NCBI GenBank assembly: GCA_028023455.1 | Contig: JAQFVV010000002.1 | Span: forward strand, 10,602,001-10,666,000 | Source: Epiperipatus broadwayi | Lineage: Eukaryota > Animalia > Onychophora | Length of the DNA: 64,000 bases | Direction of reading: 5' to 3' | Notes under the pieces: model-generated | What the model saw: the letters and a program-made list of their open reading frames with translations, nothing else | Told to the model about the DNA's origin: nothing | Database searches by the model: none | Shown here: positions 38,640 through 49,372 of the stretch, in pieces | How the letters are laid out: each line of letters starts with the position of its first letter | Position numbering within the stretch: the stretch's first letter is position 1 | Translations under genes and position numbers: made by a program

Positions 38640-38989
38640 CCAGATCATCATCTCTTATACATGTATATAATCAGTGCTGTCATCTAAGGTTCAATATATT
38701 TCAATATACTTATATTTAAACATCACAGATTTAGCCTGAATTCTGCCCATCCCTCTTCTGCACATTTAAATAAACATACTAAGTTCCTAGGTATGAGAGG
38801 TCAGATTGACTTAAAGTCAATATGGGTATGACAACAATATTGGCATCAACAAAGGCTTTGATCATTCCATTATCAGATTCTCAATAATCTGGATGGCTGA
38901 AAAGAAACCTGTTCATTAAAGTTTGAAGATTTGCTATCTTAATATAAAATGAGCACCGATTATATATGTGTGGGAGATGATGATCTGGA

Positions 38990-39031
38990 CCAACTGATGA
39001 GTGGTGGTTTAGCAGAAAATATGTGTATTGG
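38990..39031 (+). ncRNA. Hammerhead motif, family 3 (core intact, stems decayed)
   Basis: CCAA CUGAUGA GUGGUGGUUUAGCA GAAA AUAUGUGUA UUGG. CUGAUGA, GAAA and a GUA triplet are present; stem II is weakened. Confidence 0.6.
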
Positions 39032-40573
39032 AGATCATTTAGGCTTTTCACATATATGTAATCATGTGTATTGGTTATATAAGATGGAGTGAATAGCTAA
39101 GAGGAGCTTGAAAGTTTATGTTTAAATCCCATTTAATTGCATCTAAGGTTCAGTATATTTCGATATACTTGTATTTAAATATATATTTTATATTTGTTGG
39201 TTTGGTTGCAAGGTTATTAAAATGAGTAGAAATTATTCTGATTTGTGAATTTAAGCATGAACCAATTCAGTAGTGTTGCAATAACAGTTCAACTGATTTA
39301 AATACTATTCATTATAGTTATTATTGTTCCTAATCTATGATCATATAAGAGCTTATACACTAGACAAAAGTGGATTCATTTTTAATATAAACAACTTTGA
39401 TACTAGGGTGTATTATATTAATACAATCATTTATGGAGATTTATCAGTCCAATTATATATTCCTCAGCAGTGTAAATTATATTATTCCATAGTTGGTAAC
39501 TTATTTGCATATATATTGCTTACAATAACTCACTTTATATACACTTTAATGCAGGAAAATAAAGGAATCGGGAAAATAAAGGAATCATTAAAAAAAAAAT
39601 TGCATTATAGTGTATACAAGGGAGTTATTGTAAGCAATATATATGAAGAAATGCAAAGAAAGTAAAAGGAGAAAAATAAGAATAGCTTATTTGCATCCTA
39701 TTAAAATGAATATAAGTTTACTCCATTATTATTTAGAAGACAGGAGATAAAATTGGATTCATTTTTCATTTGAATTACTAGGGTGTTGCATTAATACCAC
39801 CATTCAGAAGTTATTCCTCCAAAAATATATTAACCATGTACAATTTTATCTTTATATATGTACTATAATACACACTTTTACATAAAATATTTTAGACTCA
39901 TAAAATTAGTGGTAGCTATTGGTAATAACAAATTCATTTTTAAATGTTATTTTAAACAAATTTAAAAACTTTTATCTCTCTTTTATTAGAAATATATATA
40001 TATTATAAACATCTTGGAAGTATTTCAAAGAAAATACTTTTAGGATGAGAGATGTTTGTTTTTATAAAACTGTATTTGAGTTTAAAAGAAAAAAAACTAA
40101 AATATTTTAATAATAACGTGAAAGGCTGAAACCTTTGATCGATGCGCCTTAAAAATGCTTATGTGACAGCCAATACTTTTCTGAATAATAAAATATTAAC
40201 TGCTATAGTAATTCAGTTTTTAATAATAAAATTTGTAAATTATTTTTTCGTAGACATATGTTTATGTATATATTAATGCACCCTCCTTAATATTAGAATT
40301 ACACAATTCTATTCTTTTCTTTTAAAAAAAAAATGTTCACTTTCAGTTTTATACCAAAAGCCATATAATTATTGTTTTATCTTCTATGAAATATTTTTAG
40401 CACATATTAATTCAGTATTTATGTTATTCTGTATTTCTGTGCATATTCTCTGACAAAGTTAGGATAACATAAGTCACTCTTTATTACTTTCTTTAAATTA
40501 AAATGATTTTCTTTTTAAATACACACACACACACTTTTATATACATTTATAAATATAATGTTTTATTTTGTAG

Positions 40574-40657
40574 CTGTGGAGAAACAAATAACTCATGCCA
40601 TTAATCTGTCAAAAACAGCAGCAAATCATATAATTAGCATTATCAGAAATATTGAAG
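40574..40657 (+). CDS. Exon D of the NWD1/NWD2-like gene (AVEKQITHAINLSKTAANHIISIIRNIE)
   Basis: ttttattttgtag acceptor, gtaata donor, 84-nt open frame. Phase 1 matches exon C (KYFIS-AVEKQI), consistent with the family's S-[AV]-x-E-x-E/Q-I ... I-R-x-I pattern. Confidence 0.8.
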
Positions 40658-40904
40658 GTAATATTTTGTTTTTAATTAAAACAAAGCTTTTTAAAAAAAT
40701 AATTTGTATATTAATTTTAAAATAAGATTTGCAATTTAACAATTTTTTTTTTTTAAGAAATGCATTTAAATAATGAAATAATTGTTTTATATATATATTT
40801 AATAATGAAATAATTACAATTTCTTTTACTGTAGTTTGAAAGACTTAACTTTTATATATTAAGCAAATAAAATGAAAGTTAATTATAATTTTTAAAAAAT
40901 CCGT

Positions 40905-43130
40905 TTTTTAAAAAAATATTTTTGCATTTTCTATTAATCAAAAGTTAAGAAGTTTATAAGAGTTAAACATTTTAATTTCTGTTTCAAACTCAAACGTTAT
41001 CTTTTAAAAATTAATTATACAAATGGTCAGAAGAGAGCAGCACCAGCCGGTGTTTAAAGGGTCATCGTATCCGTAACAGCTCTATTCAAAAATTGCAAAC
41101 TTCTTTAAAGAAGAAACTAGGTGTCATTGGAGTGTGACTGAATGGACAAAGATAATGCTGTAGAATAGAAAATAAAAGATATAATATTTTAAAGATTATG
41201 GAGGCTAAAAAATAGTATTGCGATAAATATACTGGATGTTAGGTTTTCTCTGTCTTCCTATTCCGGAGTTTAAACTTTGAAAAAATAAAGCCGTATTCAT
41301 TATATCCCTGTTGCTACTGCTTCTTCTCTATACATATACTGAATACATTTTTAAAATACAGTGTATTGATTTTTTTTTTTTTTAAATAATGCAAAAATGT
41401 ATTTTTTTTATTCTTCGGTAAACAATTTAATGTCAAGATATTAAACAACTTTTTAATATAATTATAAGTTTAATTTTGTAAATTTTCTTTTACAGTTTTA
41501 GCTAAGATTGTTTACTAACAGCAGATTTCTAATTCAATTTTGTTTTTAAAAATAAATAAATCCCATTTTCAGTAAATGTTAATCACAGCATCGTAGACTA
41601 TTTCCATCATCAAGCCCATAAATAATATGTTAGTAGTTATTTCGTTTATAATATATTCTACTTTTATTATTAATCTTTTCGTTTTAGTTATTGAATAATT
41701 TGAGTATTTTTATTGGTTATTATTTCTTCTTTTTTTTTTATGCAGTAAATCCAATCTTTTTTTTAAATACTATTTTACTTCTGCACACCGGCGATACATT
41801 GCACGTATATTTTGCATTTACAATTAGATAATGCATGAAATGCATCTTGGGGGTCATTTGTCTTTTATTGTATCTTTATTTATATGAAGAATAAAAAAGA
41901 AAGAGGAAGTATGGAGATTATTAAAGTAATCGATTTTCATTTTTTATTAATTGTACTCAATTTTTTGCATTAGCATTCCCGATTGAAGATTGTTCGTTAC
42001 ACAAAACACTGAGTTTGAACTAAGAAATATTTATTGTGGTGATTTTTTATGACTTCTCATGATTTGCTTCTGTTAGACATACAGGATGCATTTTATTATC
42101 AGATGTACAATAAAGAAAATAATTCTGAAGTGCTTCTTATAACAATTCAAATTTATAATAGTAACAACTTGTGCCATTTCAGAGATGGCTGAATTATAAT
42201 ATTTGTTTAGTTCTCTCCTCTTAGTCTAATATAAATTCTAAAAATATAATCATGCTGCATATTAATATGTTTCTGGGGTGAAAATTTTATTCAGTTTCTC
42301 TTGATTTGGTTCGCATACTTCTGATTCTTGAAAAATGCACTATCTTTTATTCATTTAAATAAGTTCACATGCTTCCACATAAATTTTGATAGTTTTTTCT
42401 TTATTAGATATAATAAAAATTAAAAAAAAAATATCCATTTTATAATTTTGAAATTGGGGATGCTTCCTATTGAGCTATTTATTATATATTTTTTAATTTA
42501 AAGAAAGTTGGCCATGATATACAGTTTCAATAAGCTATCAGACTTCACAATTTATATCCAAATGTGTCTGCAGAAATAGCAAAATTGTATCATTAAAAAA
42601 TTATTAACTAGAGAGATTAAAATCTTTTAATTCCAATAGTATTTACTAATAAATTTATTGCTATATAATGGAAAATATATATATACAAAATCAAATAGAA
42701 TTAAACTATTCTCCCCAAAAACAATGAATAAATAATACTCTTATATGTCAGCAAATGATAAAGAATAAAATGAATTCATCCATTTTTTTCAGCTTTTGAT
42801 CTGTATAAACTTTCATTTGCTAATATTTCTTGAAATTCAGAATGTAAATTATATTATTAGCCAAATTTAAATATGGCATTAATCATTTTGAAATTTTAAT
42901 TGTTCAAATAGAACAGAAGTGGACAATGTCCAGTTCCTAGGGCATATGAGACATATGAAATCATATTATCTAGCCTGTTAAAGAAACAGTAACAAGTTTG
43001 TAAAAAAAATTATTAAATGTAGTAGCTTTTCATACAGCAACATAAATTTATGTTACATGATTCAGTACATAGAAAAGTTCTTCAGAGTTGATGATATAAA
43101 CATTGAATAAGCTCCAAATTCATATACAAG
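40905..43130 (+). repeat. Left arm of a ~2.2 kb inverted duplication (partner 49163-52043)
   Basis: Many collinear reverse-complement blocks, e.g. ggtcagaagagagcagcaccagccggtgtttaaa (~41026) vs tttaaacaccggctggtgctgctctcttctgacc (~51889), and ttcagagatggctgaattataat (~42178) vs attataattcagccatctctgaa (~50565). Confidence 0.9.
42914..43130 (+). mobile_element. Duplicated 5' end (~215 bp) of the hAT element at 47144-49372
   Basis: cagaagtggacaatgtccagttcctagggcatatgag matches the reverse complement of 49372 downward and has the same outer flank (ttcaaataga). Confidence 0.8.
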
Positions 43131-44345
43131 TCTGAGTAAATAATTTTGAATGATGAGAATAGGTAGCTGGAAATGATAACTATACCAGTTCCAGCTGATG
43201 GTGAAGATGTGTCCATGAAGCAGGCACAAATGCCCTGTCTATTAAGGTAAGCAGCATGGCCAATGTGGGATTTATTGTATATTTTCATCACAAGCAATCT
43301 CAGCATATGAGATTGTATATTTCTTAATCATTTTTTTAATTGAAAAGTTTACATACTGAGTTGATACCTCAAACATTAAATGCAGTAATTTTTAGTTTCA
43401 TTTATCAGAGGTTTTTAGAGTATCTGTCAGGGTTGGTGTAAGCTCTAATGTTTTCAGGAAGGTCTGGTTATATAATTATGAATTTGTAATGGTGGTTGAT
43501 CAGTAACTAACAATGTTTCCAGCTCAGCTGTGGAGTGTATTTGTTGATGGTGCTGAGAAGTAGAGATAGACTGATCTATGGAGTCAGCTAAGGGCATTCA
43601 GTTTGCATGAGAGTATAAGTGATTTCTACAGAGATATCCAGCATCAACAGGTCAACCACATCTGTTTTTGGTTGTCTTTGGGGGTGGTCATCCAGGCCTT
43701 TATTTTGTTTCATTAGAAGTGTTAGAGTGAAAAATGGTTGGTGTAGGTGGTAAACTGGAGAAATTGTCTCCATGATATGTGTTGAAGTTTTATTGTCATA
43801 TATATATATGATTATAAATAAGAGCTTCTGGAGCAGTATTAATCTTATTTGAGGAAGTTCTGGCTTCAGTTGTTGCATTGGAAGGATTGTTGGAAACAAT
43901 TTTACCTAAATTAGAGGTTGTTTGTATATCAATTGAGCTGGCATGATTATTATTATCATTATCTGCCTCAGAAAGTGTCAAATTAATAGGTGGTGGATCA
44001 AGATTGAGCTTGGGTAAGGGTGTAGGGTAGGTAGTATGTGCATGGATAAACTCTTGGCTAGTGATGGATGTAATCATGGAAAGATTTGTTGTTGGCTGTT
44101 CTTTGTTGATTTGGGGTTTGGAAATTAGCACATTGCACCACTAAATGATCCTGCTGGTGACAGGAGTAGCACTGGGGTTTGAATTCTCTGATATGTAGAT
44201 ATAAAGTAGCTTCTTGATCAAGAATTTGGATTGGAGCCCAGGTAAAAAGCTCCAGTTTTGTTTGCTTAAAGTCATTTAAAGTTTTCATTTGATAAGATAA
44301 AATTCTTATCTCTTATTACAAAGTTTTGTCTTCAATGGACTGATA
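43131..44345 (-). mobile_element. L1/Tx1-like element 5' half: gag-like ORF1 with CCHC knuckle, then the start of ORF2 APE, truncated at the duplication junction
   Basis: CYSCHQQDHLVVQC zinc knuckle (44058-44288 ORF), a P/S/N-rich low-complexity tail (43796-44131), and the APE-like FMDTSSPSAGTGIVIIS (43082-43306 ORF), cut at SDL/43130. Confidence 0.75.
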
Positions 44346-44369
44346 ACTCAATTATCAAATTTGTTTAAA

Positions 44370-45365
44370 TTTGGCATTCAAAATTTATAAAATTAATTTG
44401 TCTAACAATAATTTGCTGCCTAATATGGTGATAGAGTTATCACATGACCAGGTGGCTGATACCAATTTCTTTAACACTGAGTTCCAAGATTCAAAGATAA
44501 TACAAACAGATGTGAATGATGCTAAGAATAATATTCATCAGATCAATAGCAAAACCAACAATAATCCATTCATTATAAATAACAAAAGTAACAATATTTC
44601 AACCATTTCTAATTTCACTAACATTGAATTCCAAAGTTCAAAGATAATATAAACATATGCTAATGTTACAAAGAATAACCCTCAACAGGTCAATAGTAAA
44701 AGTAATAACAATCCAATAGATGTTAATAACAAAAGTCACAATATTTCAACTATTCATAAGTCAGATCCAAGATATACAAAAACAATTCCTAGTGACATCA
44801 GAGAACTGGACCACAATATCCAAGAAGTGCAATCCTCCCCCTCTGTAGTTCAGAACAGATGCTCTTATGATAATCAATGATAAGTTCAATAATTCAATCC
44901 CAAGAGGATTAAGATTTTTTTTACTAGGCCATAATTCTATCTAGTACAAACATTAACATTTCTTTATATAAATTTCCTAGGCAATTATTATTTGATGTAC
45001 TATCCTTGCATGGGCTGTGGTACCATTGCATGTATTGCTAACCATCCAAATCCCTGTATTTGATAACTGAGTTCTTTCAGACTACAGAGAGACTGATTTC
45101 AAGTACAAATAAAGTTTCATAAACTTGCCTTAATTACAGTGGATCCAGATCGCTACAACTGTATTATAGGGGTGCTCAAAAACTCCTACTTGGGATACAC
45201 CCTTCAAGATTTCCAGCATATGATGCAACCATTTGACAAAGTTACAGCTTTTCATTCCATATATCTAAAGGATATACCTATACCAATCCATATTAATAGC
45301 TATGATTGCAAATTAGAACAGCACCATGACATTGATCCAAACATATTATTATCATCATCATCATC
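44370..45365 (+). mobile_element. Probable ORF1 N-terminal segment of an L1/Tx1-like element, inverted relative to 43131-44345
   Basis: N/S/T-rich frames with an internal ~150-bp duplication (ttcaaagataata...caatatttcaac twice), followed by an RRM-like piece DRYNCIIGVLKNSYLGYTLQDFQHMMQPFDKVTAFHSIYLKDIPIP. The assignment is inference. Confidence 0.4.
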
Positions 45366-47143
45366 ATCATTGCAATTGTAATATTTAAAATGAGAACATG
45401 ATTGTGCACAAGCGCATTCTCTATTTATTTGTATTAAAAACAATTGATTTGTAAAATTTTCATGTATGTGTGGCTAACTTTGTTCTGGTTCTGTTTCAAA
45501 AGACAAAATGCAAACATTAAATGGATAGTATCAACTCACCCTGCCCTATGGTTGAATTATTAATACAGTTTTTCAAAACCATTATTTGCTGCTGTAAACG
45601 TGCATTATTAAGATGGATACAATTGTATTACTATTACCATAAAAATTATTAGAGGTCTGAAAATGAATATTGCTACAGATAGCTATCTTTTATTCCTTCT
45701 GCCAAACATTTTCTTAGAAATCATTAATTGAACACATCAGTTGAGTTAGTTATAGAATAAAGACAATTTTTACATTTCTAGTTTTAAAGTATTAAAGTAA
45801 ACTTTTTGTGATAAAACTTTCTGTAATCAATTTCCTTTATGCATAGTCAGTATCAGCTATAATAATTATCATATTTGAAGTTTATCAATATATATGCCTG
45901 CTTTTGTTAAAAATTTTATGAATTAAAGAAAAGTGTTTTGTGTAAGTTTGAAATGCAGATAGAATACTGTAAAATATTGATTTACTTTTATATTGTTAAA
46001 CATATTAAACATTTTAATGTTCTGCATCACAAACTAATAGAATAAAATTTAAAATATAATAATAGTATATAATTTAATATGTGTGAATTTGATAATTATT
46101 GAATAAATTATGATGTATAATGATAATTAGTGATGGGGGGGGGGGGTGACTAAGAGATTATTTGATTTTGTGAGTGGGAATTGGATGTCACATGTATTTG
46201 ATAATTATTGGGTAAATTATGATGTATAACAATATTCAATAACCAAAGGATTATTTAGTTTTGTATGTAGGAGTTGGATAATGTCACATTTGATGACAAA
46301 TTTGAAGTAGATATTTAATTTATGGCATATTATTGATCTCAAGTGTAACTTTCATGAATCCTGGTGTATTGTATTTATTTTCTCTTTATTAAGTATTTTG
46401 CTAAGGGTTTGGGTGAGTTAACTTGGGTGTTATTATGTATGTCTTATTCTAATAAAGATTTATATGTATATGTATTCACTATATATACATGTCTTGTGAA
46501 TTGATATTGAATACATTACCATCACTACCTTAATTTATATTCTTAAAAGTTACTTTTATATTTCCACTCATTACTCAATTTTTTTAAGCGTTCATTGCAA
46601 TTATTACCTTATTAATTATATATCAATGCTACTTGGGTTTGATTTATCTTTATGAAAAACTTGTTGATAATGTGTATATTCATTATCTTCCAGTACATCT
46701 TTCTTGATTATCATCAGTCACAACCCTATCATTTTTGAGAAACGTTAATTTTAAATTTATTACAACTTTATGACATCTCATTATTTACTAGTACTTAGTA
46801 AGTCCATTTTTGGGAACACAAGTGTTAAATATTTAAATAAAGAGTTTACTGGAATGGGCTTTAGTAAAATTAATTTTGCTCCCTGTGGATATATCTTCAT
46901 GAAATCCAAATAGAGCTAGAATAAATAACTTTTATACTGAAAGAATAAGTTAATTCACTGTATTCTTTATCATATACTGATATATAAGAATTAGTCACAC
47001 ATAATTTGTGAAGGAATATGTTTTACTTATTTGGATTTCTTATACACTGAGCTAGGTTTATTTGATATTTACATTCACAAATTAATAGTTGACTACTATT
47101 GTAAAGGTTGTTAAAACTGAAATTCAGTCTCCATTCTATATTT

Positions 47144-49372
47144 CAAAGGTAGGGAACTTTTTATCTGCCAAGGACCACTCGGATATGTTTAATATCATTT
47201 GCAGGCTAATCAAAATTATAAACTTACAAATTATCCTGCTATATTTGGTCAAAAATGTAATTAATTTACTCCTAATGTGATAGATAAAATCACTTCTCTT
47301 TGGTGAAATGTATCATGTTAGTTACTCTTGATCATATTGCTACTCATAACCACTTGTCCATGTTTGCTGCTGGTCAGTCTGGAGTGCCATCAACACTTTG
47401 TGATGTTAAGTAGAACTGCTTGCAGCAACAAGCTGTTCTTGAACATGGATGCTTATTTCAATGCATGTTTTCTCAAAGTGGGAAATTCATTATATAGAAA
47501 CTTAAGCAGTGGAAGGTTGTTGTACCTAGTTTTCTGCTCATCATTATTTTGCAAGTGAATGATTCTGTATTATAGGTTAACAGAAACATTGAATGATATA
47601 ACTGTTCAATTCCATTCATTTACTTTTCATGTTCTTAAATCTTTCAACAAATGCCTCAATTAGTTATGAACATTAATCAGCATATTGAAGTGTTATAGAA
47701 GCCCTCTGTCTTTTCAGAATGGGGAATTGCACTGTAATATTCAAGTTCCACTTTCTACAGCTTAATTTAATGTCAAATGATTTCATGTCTAAAATCAGGA
47801 AGCTGAGATGCTGATTGGAATCTTGAAAAATTTGGCTCTGAAAGATATTTGTTACCATGAATACTAAGTTACACAGCCACTTACAATCACTGAGTTTCTT
47901 ATCAGGTTTATCCTTCATATATATGAATTGTTTTTCTTCCCACTGTTCATAAAATGTCATGAGCATGTTCCTGAAACTCAGTCATTACATTTCTCAGTAG
48001 TAAATAAGATCATTGTATTCAGAATCAAGATCATTTAGTAACTCCTTAAACTAATGGCTGTTATGCTTTTGATAAAATTTATAATGACACTATTATTGAC
48101 ATCACATTGTTGAGCCATACAGAGTCTTTCTTGTCATAAGATGTAGTGGCATATAATTAAATCACTTGGATAAGATTGAGACCATTTTTTTTTTGACAAA
48201 TGAAATTAATCCTTTTTGTGAACTAACTATGGCTGGAGCTCCATCTGTAGTGAGGCCACTTTTCAAATATTAGCTCAAGTTTTTTTCATTGATAAAACCA
48301 AGTCTCTCAAATAAGTTCTCAACTCTTATAACTTCATGCATGGCTTCCAATGATAGAAGTTCCTTTTGCAAGTCAAACTCTGCAGTTATCCTTCAAATGA
48401 AAATGGTCAGTCAAGCAGTATTTTTTATTTCTTTTGTCCAAATACAAGCCAAGAAAAAAATTGAAAATCTCTTGCAAAATCCTTTATTGTTTTTCAATAT
48501 CTTGTGCTAAGTCAATGGTCTGATCTGAGATGGTTCTCCAAGACAAACTAACACTATGAAACAATTTTACTTTGTCTGATGCTAACAACTCTATAACAAC
48601 CTTTATGTATTCTTTCATAAATTCTTTATGTATGAGGCCTCATCATCATTTTTGTGCCATAATGAGGATTAGTGAAAGCAGCTTGTTTTGATTCCAAACT
48701 TTATTGAAGACTATTGATTTATCCAAATAAATTTGGTCTTCCAATTCACTGAGTTCAGCATGTTTTGAGCTGTAACATTATGCTAAATCAGTTTTTTCAT
48801 TACGACTAATGTCACCACAAACTAAACAAACAGGTTTGCCTTTAACTTCAACAACAACAAAAAATCATTTGTCCATTTCTCTTGAAAAAATCCTACACTA
48901 TGTATCAGCTTTTTTTTTCTTCATAGTCTTCATTACTATAAGTAATAAATTTTAAGAACTATCCTATATGTGATATCAGTGTTGAGATTATTTTACTTTG
49001 TAGTTTCTATTTGTAGAATGTACATCAATTAAGATTTAATAACTATTCAGTGTGTATCACCAGAAATGAGATTTTGTTTTGTAATTGCCTAACAATATTT
49101 AATAACTATCCAGGGTCTGTAGCCAAGTGATGAGATTACTTTGCTTTGATTACTATACCAATCTTGTATATGAATTTGGAGCTTATTCAATGTTTACATC
49201 ATCAACTCTGAAAATCTTTTCTAAGTACTGAATCATATAACATAAATTTATGTTGCTGTATGAAAAGCTAAATTTTTTTTTTTTACAAACCTCTTACTGT
49301 TTCTTTAATAGGCCAGATAAAATGATTTCATAGGCCTCATATGGCCTAGGAACTGCACATTCTCCACCTCTG
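47144..49372 (-). mobile_element. Full-length decayed hAT transposon (Buster/Charlie/GTF2IRD2-like transposase)
   Basis: Minus-strand pieces: KGKPVCLVCG (BED-like finger), SVSLSWRTI, a TDGAPA-like remnant, LSDCKWLCNLVFMV, and a HSRLT-type C-terminal dimerisation region. Termini caaaggtagggaac / gttcctaggaactgcacattctccacctctg-type decayed TIRs. 8-bp TSD ctatattt (47136-47143) / ctctattt (49373-49380). Confidence 0.9.

Larger units (their letters stand above)
38500..39180. mobile_element. Fold-back hammerhead element, family 3
   Basis: Antisense arm ~38500-38675 and sense arm ~38945-39180, homologous to 19840-20370. Confidence 0.75.
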
